Shown: positions 50,491-63,855, counted from the first letter of the stretch. The stretch: 64,000 bases of DNA from Malacoraja senta (GCA_038087875.1 CM075999.1:3102001-3166000); one strand, 5' to 3'. Numbers and translations are program-made. Notes: a model not told the origin generated them from the sequence alone.

Positions 50491-51436
50491 GCTTGTAACT
50501 AGCTGAGTCCAAACAAACCCGCATGGGATCATTTGTCTTTGCCATTAAATGCTACCGACCACTTTGTGAATTGAGTGGCTTTCACAATGAAGCTGTCAGA
50601 TGTAAAGTGCAACGCGGAGCTGGTTCCACTTTAATGCACCATTAGTAAGGGAGGGAGAACAGGCAAATATAGTCTTGAGAGTTAAACCAAGAATTGCCAG
50701 ACAGTGAAGCACGGAAGTGTGTTGCCGTGACAGTCAACATTACCTGTACGAAGGAACTGCAGATGCTGGTTTAAACTGAAGATAGACACAAAGAGCTGGA
50801 GTAACTCAGCGGGATAAAACACAGCATCCCTGGAGAGAAGGAATGGGTGATGCTTCGGGTCGAGACCCTTCTCCCGATGCTGCCAGTTCCGCTGAGTTAC
50901 TCCAGCTCTTTATGTTTGCCGAGATTCAACATTCCCACATGTCCCGACAGAGGTTTTCAATGAATAAAAGTCCCCTCGCAACTTTAAATTACTTTCTCTG
51001 CAGATATGGCGGCAAGGTGGCGCAGCGGTAGAGTCGCTGCCTCACAGCGCCGGAGACCCGACTACGGATGCTGTCTGTGCGGAGTTTGCACGTTCTCCCC
51101 GTGACCTGCGTGGGTTTTCTCCGGGTGCTCCGGTTTCCTCCCACACTCCCCCAAAGACGTGCGGGTTTGCAGGTTAACTGGCTTTGCTAAATTGTAAATA
51201 GTGCCTAGTGTGTGTGTAGGATAGTGTAAGTGCGCGGGGATCGCTGGTCAGCGCAGACTCAGTGGGCCGAAGGGCCTGTTTCCGTGCTGTATCTCTAAAC
51301 TAAACTACATGTGGGAGGTACGATTCTCCTGAACTCTGATGGCCCCAGTATAGTACCTGCCTCAACTACCTACTCTGGCTGCTTGTTCCGCCCTCTGAGA
51401 GAAAAAGTTGCCCCTCAGGTTCCTATTAAACCTTTC

Positions 51437-52004
51437 AGGGCCTGTCCCACTTGGGCGTCATTTGCGCGTCATTTACGTGACAGGCCGGTAGTGACCTGAC
51501 GAGCGAAAATGGTCTAGCATTACGACAGTCGCGCGCCAAGTGCTCTTGAGGGCTCTGCTTCATTTGGGAACCATTTGCGATGTTGTTCGTACTTAGTCCG
51601 ATCTCCCTGGCAAGGATTTTCCCAGTGAAAAATTTTCAAAACTACGCGCGCTTTATACCCGGGTGGTCACGTGGTGCGGCGATCAAACGACGCGCAAATG
51701 GCGACCAGCGGTGTACGGGCGGAGCATGGTTACGGATGTTGACGCACGGTGACGCATAATAAATTAGCACAGGCAACGTTCGTGCGTCACCGTGCGTAAC
51801 CACGCGCTACACATACGCCGTCAGTACGTCAGCGTGCGCAAGGGATACGTCACGCAGGTGGCGCGCGAGGATTTTGAGCACCGCAAAATCCTGGGGCGCC
51901 GCGCATTACCGCGCGTTATTGCATACGCCACCACGCCTCACCACATGAGGTGCCAACTAATTTTTAGGATGTCGCGTAAATGACGCCCAAGTGGTACAGA
52001 CCCT
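51437..52004. mobile_element. Harbinger-like MITE, CpG-rich
   Basis: agggcctgtcccacttgggcgtcattt / aaatgacgcccaagtggtacagaccct TIRs; ttc on both sides; interrupts a minus-strand CR1 fragment. Confidence 0.78.
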
Positions 52005-52284
52005 TTCCCCTCTCAATTTAAACCTATGCCCTCTGGTTCTTGGTTCCCCAACCCTGGATCACAGAGTCAGTGCATTCACCCTATATATTCCCCTCATGAT
52101 TTTATAAACCTTGTTAACATCGCACCTCAGCCTCCTGCCCGCCAAGGAATAAAGTCCCAGCCTGGACACAGCCGTGTAAATCTTCTCTACACTCTCTCCA
52201 GCTTAATAACATCTTTCTTACAGCAGGGCGACCAGAATTAAACCCAATACGGCCTCAACAACATCTTGTACCACTGGAACGTAA

Positions 52285-52831
52285 AGGGCCTGTCCCACTT
52301 AGGCAATTTTTTAGGTGACAACTGGCAACTAGGCTGTCGCCACACACGGTCCCCGGGATGAGGCCTGGACGGTTGTGAGTCGTCTCCCTCAGTCGCCCAA
52401 AGAGTCGTGGCCGTTTTTCTGGTCACCGCTGGATTTTGAAACGTTCAAAAATTGTAGACGACAGTGGGTTTGACGCCAATGAGCGTAAGCTTGTCTTCTC
52501 CTGACTTAGGTGCTGTCCTAGGTTGTCGCCAGTGCTGACTTCGGTGAATTCCATTGGGCGACTACCTACGTCAACCGGCGACAGGTACTGGCGACTGATT
52601 TGTCTTACGTTGTCGTAGCTTGTCGCGGGTGGACATAGGTTGTCGTAGGTGTGGTCGTAGGTGGACGTCCCAATGGGTTGCCGGTTGTCGGTAGCTTGCC
52701 GTAGCTTGAACACGACTAGGTGGTAGGTTGTCGTAGACATTGCCGTAAGGGAGGTCCAGTCACTGGGTTTTTCAGCGACCTGCTACGACTATGACAGTCG
52801 CCGAAAAAAATGGCCTAGTGGGACAGACCCT
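52285..52831. mobile_element. Harbinger-like MITE
   Basis: agggcctgtcccacttaggc..tttt / aaaa..ggcctagtgggacagaccct TIRs; flanks taa/tac. Confidence 0.75.
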
Positions 52832-53869
52832 TACCATTCTACCTTCTAATATACTTAATAACCCAGACTGATGAAGGCTAATATAACACAAAGCTGCTAC
52901 AGAAAGAGACTGAGGTCCAGAAACTCTGCAGAAAGTATTGGTTTAGAGAGCGATACGGCATAGAAACAGGCCCTTCGGCCCACAGAGGCATGCTAAGCAT
53001 CAATCACCCATTCACACTAGTACTATGTTATCCCATTTACCCTGCACTCCCTACACACTAGGGGCATTTAACCTGCAAACCCGCACATTTTGAGGATATG
53101 GGAGGACACCCGGAGGAGGAAACCCACAAGGTCAAAGAGAACGTACAAACTCCACACAGACAGCGCCCGAGGTCAGGATCGAACCTGTGAGGCAGCAGCT
53201 CTACCCGCTGCGCCACCGTGCTGCCATAGATAATTAAAGGCCAGTTCTATCAAAATCCAAAACATTCAATTCAACTTTACAGAGGGTGCTGGGTGCCTGG
53301 AACGCGCTGCCAGGGGTGGTGGTGGTGGGGGTGGAGGCAGATACGATAGTGGTGTTTAAGAGGCTTTTAGACAGGAACATGGAGATGCAGGGAATGGGGG
53401 GATATGGATCACATGCAGGCAGAGGGGATTAGTTTAAGCTGGCATCCTGTAGAAACAAGGAAATGCAGATGCTGGTTTACAAAAGAAGAACTCAAAGTGC
53501 TGGAGTAATTTTGTGGGCCAGGCAGCATCGCTGGAGAACATGGCCGGTCGCGTTTCAGAATTTCTGAAGAAGGGACCTGACCCAGAAACGTCACCCATCC
53601 ATGTTCTCCACAGATGCTGCCTGACCCGCTGAGTTACTCTGGCACAGTGTACTTCAGTGCTTTGTAAGCTATACGGAACCACACTATAAATGATAAGGTA
53701 GACCAAAATGCTGGAAAAACTCAGCGGGTGCGGCAGCATCTATGGAGCGAAGGAAATAGGCAACGTTTTGGCCCGAAATCCTTCCGGGTTTCGGCCCGAA
53801 ACGTTGCCTATTTCCTTCAGGGTTTCGGCCCGAAAGGTTGCCCATTTCCTTCGCTCCACAGATGCTGCC

Positions 53870-54097
53870 GCACCCGCTGAGTTACTCCAGCACTCTGTGA
53901 AACGTCACCTATCCATGTTCTCCACAGATGCTGCCTGACCCGCTGAGTTACTCCAGCACTCTGTGAAACGTCACCTATCCATGTTCTCCACAGATGCTGC
54001 CTGACCCCGCTGAGTTACTCCAGCACTCTGTGAATCGTCACCTATCCATGTTCTCCACAGATGCTGCCTGACCCGCTGAGTTACTCCAGCACTCTGT
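53870..54097 (+). repeat. Tandem array of a 66-bp Penelope pLTR-derived unit (~3 copies)
   Basis: Unit gtgaaacgtcacctatccatgttctccacagatgctgcctgacccgctgagttactccagcactct. Confidence 0.9.
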
Positions 54098-55248
54098 AAC
54101 AAAGATTACTCTTTGTTCAATGTCAGGATGCAGATTGTTTTACCAGTATCTAGTAAGGATGAGTTGAGTTCAGTTTAGTTTATTGTCACGTGTAACGAGG
54201 TACAGTGAGAAGCTTTTTGTTGCGTGCTATCCAGTCAGCGGAAAGACAACACATGATTACAATCCAGCCATCCACAGTGTACAGAGACAGGATAAAGGGA
54301 ATATAGACACAAAAGGCTGGAGTAACTCTGTGGAACAGGCAGCTTCTCTGGAGGGAAGGAATGGGTAACGTTTCAGACAGAAGGGAAGGGGGTCTCGACC
54401 CGAAACATCACCCATTCCTTCTCTCCAGAGATGCTGCCTGTCCCGCTGAGTTACTCCAGCTTTTTGTGTCTATCTACAGATTAAACCAACATCTGCAGTT
54501 CCGTGATAATGGGAATAACAGGAATGACGTTTAGTGCACAATAAAGCCAGCAAAGCCCGATCAAAGGTAGTCTGAGGGTCTCAAAAGAGGTAGATAGTAG
54601 TTCAGGACTGCTCTCCAGTTGTGGTAGAATGGTTCAGTTGCCTGATAACAGGATGTCAAAGGTTACGGGTAGAAGGCAGGAGAATAGACAATAGGTGCAG
54701 GAGTAGGCCATTCGGCCCTTCGAGCCAGCACCGCCATTCAATATGTTCATGGCTGATCATCCCCAATCAGTACCCCGTTCCTGCCTTCTCCCCATATCCC
54801 CAGACTCCGCTATCTTTAAGAGCCCTATCTAACTCTCTCTTGAAAGCATCCAGAGAACCAACCTCCACCGCCCTCTGAGGCAGAGAATTCCACAGACTCA
54901 CAACTCTCTGTGCGAAAAGGTTTTTCCTCATCTCCGTCCTAAATGCCTTACCCCTTATTCTTAAACTATGACCCTTTGGACTGGGGTTGAGAGGGAAAGA
55001 TAGATCAGCCATGATTGAACAGCAGAGTGGACACACAATGCTGGAGTAACTCAGCAGGTCAGGCAGCATCTGTCGACACTGTTTTATGTTCTATGCTAAT
55101 GTCAAAGATATCTTAGTGACCTTACCAGAACCTAAATGGTTAACACTGAGACTGACATGAGTTATTGGAACAGTACAATTAACAAAATCGACCCAAATAA
55201 AAAAGCTTTTAAAAACTAAAGACTTAGAATGAGCGGAGTCGGCATTAC

Positions 55249-55276
55249 CTTTCAAATAGTAAACGGCCGGCCACAT
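55249..55276 (-). CDS. Candidate alternative first coding exon of SCMH1 (MWPAVYYLK + phase-1 donor)
   Basis: acaATGtgg (A at -3), then aaag|gtaatg donor; phase compatible with the acceptor at 42701; lies in a non-repetitive island. No transcript evidence. Confidence 0.4.
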
Positions 55277-55519
55277 TGTATATCTCACAGGGCGAGCGCT
55301 AGCTCCTGGCAAAGTCTTCCTCCACAGATCTTGACACACACACACACACACACAGTGATCAGCTGTAGCTCAGACGGCTAATCACTGCAGACCCGGCAGG
55401 TAATGGACTAGACCTGGGCACCTTCCTGTCAGCAGCTCCTCACTGACTCCTCCTGATAGCGTCACCAACACTGCGATTGTAATTCAAGTGCCGGCAACTG
55501 TCTCGTCTCCACACACTCT

Positions 55520-55815
55520 CCCCATCCCTCCCCCACCCCCTCCTCCCTCTGCCTCTCTCCGACCTCCTATGCCCATTCCTTTCTTCTCTCCTCTCCACCA
55601 CACGCACACCCACCCCCTCTCCTTCGCCTCCCTCTCTCTCCCCCTCCCGCTCCCTTCTCTTCTTTCCCCTCTCTCTCTCTCTCTCTCTCCCCCTCCCACC
55701 CTTATCCTCCTCTCTCTCTCCCTTATCCTCTTTCCCCCCCCCTCCCCCCCTCCCCTCTCTTCTCTCCTCCTTCTTCACTCCCCCCCCCTCCCTCTCTCTC
55801 TCCCTCCCTCCCTCA
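55520..55815 (+). repeat. Polypyrimidine (C/T) low-complexity tract
   Basis: Base composition. Confidence 0.9.
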
Positions 55816-56024
55816 TGCAAAACACAGCTGGAAATGTGACAAATCATAAATACTGCCAACAGCTGGCTGGAGATGCAGGCAGGTTTACAGCCGCTCCAGG
55901 GGTGTGAGGATCGTTGTTGCTCGGTGCAGGGAGCTGCGTGCAGATGTGTCACACATCTGGATGTGGAGCAGTGGTGAAATAGCCCCACTACGGCCGATCG
56001 CCTCACCACAGTCGGCTGGAGCAG

Positions 56025-56750
56025 ACACGCGCGCACGCTTACACACGCGCACACGCTTACACACGCACACGCTCACACATGCATGCACACACGCTCACAC
56101 ATGCATGCACACATGCTAACACGCACACACATGCACGCACGCACACGCTTACACACACATGCATGCACACACATGCACGCTCACACATGCATGCACACAC
56201 GCGCTCACACATACACGTGCACACGCTCACACATGCACGCTTACACACGCTCACGCACACATGCACGCACGCTAACACGCACACATGCACGCACACACAC
56301 GCTTACACACACATGCATGCACACACATGCACGCACACACACGCTCACACATACACGCTCACACATGCTCACGCACACACACACACTCACACACATGCAC
56401 GCTCATACATGCACGCACACGCTCATACATGCACGCACACACGCTTACACACGCTGACACGCTGACACGCACACACACGCCGACACAAGCTCACACATGC
56501 CCGCACACACATGCTCACATGCACGCACACACCCGCTCACACATACACATACACATGCAGGCACTCAGACACGCACGCACATACGTACACACACGCATGC
56601 ATACACATACACTCAGATTCACACAAGTTTACACACATACACTCAGATACAGGCACACACACACACACACACACACACATACATACAGGTACAGGTACAG
56701 GTACAGGTACAGGTACAGGTACAGGTACACTCAGCCACATACACTCAGTC
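56025..56750 (+). repeat. Degenerate CA/CATG/CACG microsatellite ending in (acaggt)n
   Basis: Directly visible. Confidence 0.95.
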
Positions 56751-59700
56751 CTCTGAATGAAAGATTTGCAAAAAAGTGACAATGATAAAGGAGACAGGCC
56801 GTTTCATTCATTCATTCGTTTCATATCTTTCATTCATTTGTTCTATATCTCACTACATCACCGTCTATATCCCTCGTTTCCTTTTCCCCTGAATCTCAGT
56901 CTGAAGAACGGTCTCGACCCGACACGCGACCCATTTCTTCTCTCCAGAGATGCTGCCTGACCCGCTGAGTTACTCCAGCTTTTTGTGTCTATCTTCGGTT
57001 GAAACCAGCATCTGCAGTTCCTTCCCACGAATGTTGAAGGAAGGTGGATGTGATTGATGAAGCTGGATCTAGCTGTGGCCGCAGACTAAAGTCAAGCGGG
57101 TCGATCAGGAGAGACACCAACATTTGGATTTTGGAAACGCCGTGGATTTAAGTTCAAGGATAATCTAACCTGAATGAGGCTTGAGGGGGATCTTATAGAG
57201 GAGTAAATAGACAACAGACAATAGGTGCAGGAGTAGGCTATTCGGCCCTTCGAGCCAGCACCGCCATTCAATGTGATCATGGCTGATCATCCCCAATCAG
57301 TACCCCGTTCCTGCCTTCTCCCCATATCCCCTGACTCCGCTATCTTTAAGAGCCCTATCTAGCTCTCTCTTGAAAGCATCCAGAGAACCGGCCTCCACCG
57401 CCCTCTGAGGCAGAGAATTCCACAGACTCACCACTCTCTGTGAGAAAAAGTGTTTCCTCGTCTCCGTTCTAAATGGCTTACTCCTTATTCTTAATATTAT
57501 AAGGAATTACAAGGAATAAGAACTCCTTGGATGTAATGAGATCAGAGTTGGAACCACTCCACGTTTAATTCAGGCCGCGCTGCACTTTGTCCAAAGCAAT
57601 TAGTAGAAGTCAGGCTGGAGAGAGGCACTCCGTACATCTTGGCAACATCTCTCCACTTCACATCCGGCGAGTTACATTCCTCATGCTGCCGGGCTGGCCG
57701 GCCGGCCGAGCCAAGACCCTCGCCTGCAACTGACTGTCTTTCAGCAAACCGCCATTTCCTGTAAACTTTGTAGTGTGACAGAGTGTGGACACGGGCCCTT
57801 CGGCCCAACTTAAAATCCTGTACGAGCTCCCTAACCAGCGTCACCCCGTTGGAAACAACACCAACTGAAGCTGGCCTCCAGATGTGGAAGAACAGACTCA
57901 CCACTGTCCCTATTTCCACCAAGGTGGGCACATACCGGCAGTAGAGAGCTTCCCACCAGGTGCCGGCTGAACTGGAGATGTCTCAACCGATCGGCCCATC
58001 AAGTCTACTCCGCCATTCAATCATGGCTGATCTATCTCTCCCTCCTAACCCCATTCTCCTGCCTTCTCCCCATAACCCCAGACACCCGCACTAACCAAGA
58101 ATCTATCAATCTCCGCCTTAAAAATACCCCTCTGCCTTGGCCACCACAGCCGTCTGTGGCAATGAATTCTGCAGATTCACCATCACTTTTCCTGTCTGCC
58201 CTAGACTGAAATTCTGCAACTGGAGTAAAACCTTAAGAAAAATTATTATTTCAAAATGCAGATGTTTAGCGGTAATAAAAGAGGATTATCAACTAAGAAA
58301 ACGGAGACTGCACCAAAGGATCGTGATGTAACTTCACAACTTGAAGTCAGGGCCCAGAACTACGACGGTTTGATGGGCCGATCGCAAGGAAGAGATAAAT
58401 GAAGAGTTCAGATAATCATCTGTTTCATGAAGATCGAGGGCGAACTTCAATGGGATCATTGAGAAGCAACTTTAGCGTTGATTCTTTAAATCATCTCTTC
58501 CGGGCTGGGAAACTGTGACTTGGTAAATAGGCCACAGTGTAAGGGCGGCACGGTGGGGCAGCGGGTAGAGCTGCTGCCTCACAGCGCCAGAGACCCGGGT
58601 TCGATCCTGACTACGGGTGCTGTCTGTACGGAGTTTGTACCTTCTCCCCGTGACCTGCGTGGGTTTTCTCCGGATGCTCCGGTTTCCACCCACACTCCAA
58701 AGACGTACAGGTCTGTAGGCTAATTGGCTTGGGTAAAAATTGTAAATTGGTTTAGTTTAGAGATCCAGCGTGGAAACAGGCCCTTCGGCCCACCGAGTCC
58801 GTGCTGACCAGCGATCCCTGTACACTAACGCTATCTGACACACACTAGGGACGATTTACAATTTTACTGATTGTCCCTAGTGTGTAGGATAGTGCTAGTA
58901 TACAGGGCGATCGCTGGTCGGCACGGACTCGGTGGGCCGAAGGGCCTGTTTCCGCGCTGACGTTCAGGTTCATCATCCTGTCCATGAGTACAGTGAGTTA
59001 CAGGTACAAAGAGAAACATTGCTCGCAGCAGCGAGGCAGGCACGGAGACTCAGACAACGCACACAAATAAAGAATTAAAAACATTAAGAACAGCACAGGT
59101 GGTGGATGAGGCCTGGATAGAGTGGATGTGGAGAGGATGTTTCCACTAGTTGGTTCCATCCTGACCACAGGTGCTGTCTGTAAGGAGTTTGCACGTTCTC
59201 CCCGAGGGTTTTCTCCGGGTGCTCCGGTTTCCTCCCACACTCCAAAGACGTGCAGGTTTGGAGGTTAACGTGGTGGCAATAATCATCCTTCAATCTACAC
59301 CACGGACGCACAGATCATCCAGTAACTTGTCACGCTGACTATGCAGGTTGTCACAGGCTTATTATACATCACGGCCACGATTCACACTTCAAAAGAACTT
59401 CATTAGCAGAAGGTTCAGAAACACGGATGGCTGTCTGCTGATGAACCTCTTGAACATGGACATATCCATGTGGACACAAGGAACTGCAGGTGCTGGTTTA
59501 CAAGACAAAAAGTGCTGGAGTAACTCAGCGGGTCAGGCAGCATCTCTGGAGATTTACCTTGTCTGAAGAAGGGTCTCAACCTGAAACGTCACCCATTCCT
59601 TCTCTCCACAGATGCTGCCTGTCCCGCTGAGTTACTCCAGCATTTTGTGTCTATCTCTGGAGAACATGGATATGTCCAAGTTCATGTCTCCCCTTCTCTA

Positions 59701-59782
59701 TTCAGCTTTCTAACCCCCCCTCCTTTGCCACCCCCCCCCCCCCCCCACCAAATCAATGTGAAGAAGGGACCCGAAAAAAGAC

Positions 59783-60112
59783 ACAGAGTGCTGGAGTAAC
59801 TCAGCGGGTCAGGCAGCATCTGTGGAGAACATGGATAGGTGACGTTTCACAGAGTGTTGGAGTAACTCAGCGGGTCAGGCAGCATCTGTGGAGAACATGG
59901 ATAGGTGAGGTTTCACAGAGTGCTGGAGTAACTCAGCGGGTCAGGCAGCATCTGTGGAGAACATGGATAGGTGAGGTTTCACAGAGTGCTGGAGTAACTC
60001 AGCGGGTCAGGCAGCATCTTTGGAGAACATGGATAGGTGACGTTTCACAGAGTGCTGGAGTAACTCAGCGGGTCAGGCAGCATCTGTGGAGAACATGGAT
60101 AGGTGACGTTTC
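59783..60112 (-). repeat. Tandem array of the 66-bp pLTR-derived unit, 5 copies
   Basis: acagagtg starts at 59783, 59849, 59915, 59981 and 60047. Confidence 0.93.
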
Positions 60113-61265
60113 GGGCCGGGACCCTACTCTCGAGCAGCATCTGCAATTCCTTGTTTCTGCCAAAAGCAAAGATGATTCTAGACTGAAACCTTGATGTCAG
60201 ATCGTGGTGAGGTTCTACAAAGCTGTGACCGTCTGAGCCCTGTAGATTCTGTGCGCAGTTTCGCAGTGAGAGGGTCATGCCTTTGTAAGCTTGTGGTTTC
60301 GCTCCTTTCCAAAATAGTGGGCCTCAAGACAACTCTCAGTGGGTGAGTTCACAAAACTGTGAATGTTTATCGAGGATGATGCCCAAGAAATGCCTCAGAT
60401 TCTCGGGGGGAAAATAGTTTTGGCAGACGTCTAGTGGGAGAGTCCAGGACCAGAGGGCACAGCTTCAGAATAAACGGACGTCCCTTTACGGGGGATATGA
60501 ATTTCTTTAGTCACAGTGTAGTGAATCTGTAGTGAATCTTTGCCACAAATGGCTGTAGAGGGCAAGTCATTGGGGATTTTTTAATAGACAATAGGTGCAA
60601 GAGTAGGCCATTCGGCCCTTCGAGCCAGCACCGCCATTCATTGTGATCATGGCTGATCATCCCTAATCAGTACCCCGTTCCTGCCTTCTCCCCATATCCC
60701 CTGACTCCGCTATTTTTAAGAGCCCTATCATGCTCTCTCTTGAAAGCATCCAGAGAACCTGCCTCCACCGCCCTCTGAGGCAGACAATTCCACAGACTCA
60801 CCACTCTCTGTGAGAAAAAGTGTTTCCTCATCTCCATTCTAAATGGCTTACTCCTTATTCTTAAGGTGAAGATTGACAGGTTATTGGTTAGTACGGGTGT
60901 CAGAAATTACGGGGAGAAGGCAGGAGAATGGGGTTGAGAAGGAGAGATAGATCAGCCATGGTTGAATGGCAGAGTAGACTTGATGGGCCAATAGACAATA
61001 GGTGCTGGAGTAGGCCATTCGGCCCTTCGCGCTAGCATCGCCATTCAATGTGATCATGGCCGATCATCCACAAAATGGCCTAATTCTGCTCCTTGAACTT
61101 ACGAACCCACCCAAAAGTTCAACACTGATTGTAACCGGGAGGGGGCCGCTGGAGACGTTGGCTGCGAAGAGCAAAGGCCGGTGGGAGAGTGAACCGGGCT
61201 AATGGCTCCAGCGCCTTCAAGGTCGGCTCCAGGAGGCGCCCACGGGACGCAGAGATGGCCGGGCG

Positions 61266-61450
61266 AGGAGAGGAGAGGAGAGGAGAGGAGAGGAGGGGAG
61301 GGAGGAGGAGGGGAGAGGGGAGGAGGAGGGGAGAGGAGGGGAGGGGAGAGGAGAGGAGAGGAGGGGAGGGGAGGGGAGAGGAGGGGAGGGGAGAGGAGGG
61401 GAGAAGAGGGGAGAGGAGACGAGAGGAGACGAGAGGAGAGGAGGAGAGGG
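61266..61450 (+). repeat. Polypurine (GGAGA/GGGGA)n tract
   Basis: Directly visible. Confidence 0.93.
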
Positions 61451-61960
61451 ATGTTGGTTCGCAGGAACTGCTCCAGTACATCGAGCGTGCGGGCCGACCG
61501 GACTTTGAATAATGGCGGTGCCCGCATGTGTAACATATGCAAAAGTAATCTCACTGTGGAGTAGCACTTGTGACAAATAAAACACCTTTGAGCCATTAAG
61601 GTGCGAGGGGCAGGGTTTAAAGGAGATGTGCGGGGCAGGTTTATTTTACACAGAGGGTGGTTGGTGGAACGGGCTGCCAGGGGTGGTGGTGGAGGCAGAT
61701 ACGATAGTGGTGCTAAAGAGGCCTTGATGGGCACATGGACATGCAGGGAATGGAGGGGTATGGATGATGTGCGGGCAGACAAGAGATGGCATCGTGTTCA
61801 ACACAGACATTGTGGGCTGAAGGGCCTGTTCTTGTGTTGTACCGTCCTATGAATGGCACCTCGAACTTGAAGATGCAGTTTAGTTTAGTGTAGAGATACA
61901 GCGCGGAAACAGGCCCTTCAGCCCACGCCGACCAGCGATCACCCCGTACACTAGCACTGT

Positions 61961-61999
<39 letters not shown>

Positions 62000-62812
62000 G
62001 ACAATTTACAGAAGCCAATTAACCTACGAATCTGCACGTCATTGGGGTGTGGGAGGAAACCGGAGCACCCGGAGAAAACCCACGCGGGTCCACGGGGAGA
62101 ACGTGCACACTCCGTACAGACAGCACCCGTAGTCAGGGTCGAACGCGAATCTTGGGTGCTGTGAGGCAGCAACTCTACCGCTGCGCCACCGTGCCGGCCT
62201 TATTGAATAACAGAGCGCGCTCAATGGCCAAACGGTCTGTTCCTAATTTAATTTTTATTACTCATAAGAGTGGAACATTTACAATGCTGCATTCCTCTGG
62301 CATCTGGCCCAGCTCCATTCCCTCCGACTACAAGATCTGGTTTTTAATCCTTCATCAGACTCACCCTTCTTCCGACAGTCCTTTCGCTGTTTATATACGT
62401 TTACTGAAAACTCCCTTGATGTTACCAGCCAATCCCTCCTCCGACCCTCCCCCTGCGCCTCTTAATCCAACGTTAAAAGTCCCGGCGGAACTTTACTGAA
62501 AGCATGCAACAGGCCAGAAGCCAAAACAGTCTTTATACAAATCTGCTGTAAAGTTGCAGAAACAAGAAACTGCAGATGCTGGTTTACAAAACAAAATAAA
62601 GACAAAGCGTGCTGGCGTAACAGTGCATCAAGCAGTATCATTGGATAGGCAACGTTTCAGGTCCGGACTGCTGTTCAGTTATTTCTTTATAAATTAACAT
62701 TTTTCAAAAGGGCGATGAGTCTTGTAGACCCTCCATTTGCAACTTTACAAAAGAAACACAGTGCTGGAGTAATTCAGCGGGTCAGGCAGCATCTGTGGAG
62801 AACATGGATAGG

Positions 62813-63855
62813 TGACAATAGACAATAGGTGCAGGAGCAGGCCATTTGGCCCTTCGAGCCAGCACCGCCATTCAATGTGATCATGGCTGATCATCCCCCA
62901 TCAGTACCCCATTCCTGCCTTCTCCCCATATCCGCTGACTCCGCTATTTTTAAGAGCCCTATCTAACTCTCTCTTGAAAGCATCCAGAGAACCGGCCTCC
63001 ACCGCCCTCTGAGGCAGAGAATTCCACAGACTCACCACTCTCTGTGAGAAATAGTGTTTCCTCGTCTCCGTTCTAAATGGCTTACTCCTTATTCTTAAAC
63101 TGTGGCCCCTGGTTCTGGACTCCCCCAACATCGGGAACATGTTTCCTGCCTCTAGCGTGACCAAACCCTTAACAATCTTATATGTTTCAATGAGATACCC
63201 TCTCATCCTTCTAAACTCCAGAGTGTACAAGCCCAGCTGCTCCATTCTCTCAGCATATGACAGTCCCGCCATCCCGGGAATTAACCTTGTAAACCTACGC
63301 TGCACTCCCTCAATAGCAAGAATGTCCTTCCTCAAATTAGGGGACCACAACTGCACACAATACTCCAGGTGTGGTCTCACTAGGGCTCTGTACAACTGCA
63401 GAAGGACCTCTTTGCTCCTATATTCGATTCCTCTTGTTATAAAGGCCAACATGCCATTCGCTTTCTTCACTGCCTGCTGTACCTGCATGCTTACTTTCAT
63501 AGACTGATGAACAAGGACCCCCAGATCCCATTGTACTTCCACTTTTCCCAACTTGACGCCATTTAGATAGTAATCTGCCTTCCTGTTTTATCTACCAAAG
63601 TGGATAACCTCACATTTATCCGCATTAAACTTCATCTGCCATGCATCTGCCCACTCCCCCAACATGTCCAAGTCACCCTGCATTCTCATAGCATCCTCCT
63701 CACAGTTCACACTGCCACCCAGCTTTGTGTCATCTGCAAATTTGCTAATGTTACTTTGAATCCCTTCATCCAAATCATTGATGTATATTGTAAATAGCTG
63801 CGGTCCCAGCACCGAGCCTTGCGTTACCCCACTAGTCACTGCCTGCCATTCTGAA
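62813..63855 (-). mobile_element. CR1-clade LINE, ~1 kb 5'-truncated; RT C-terminal part with one in-frame stop
   Basis: SGVTQGSVLGPQLFTIYINDLD..SKFADDTKL (RT motifs), TAG at 63588-63590, then [23 protein letters not shown] and the 3' tail. Confidence 0.93.

Noticed and set aside
61099..61782. Ser/Pro/Leu-rich and Glu/Arg/Gly-rich ORFs (also 55440-56054)
   Set aside because: Low-complexity purine/pyrimidine tracts.
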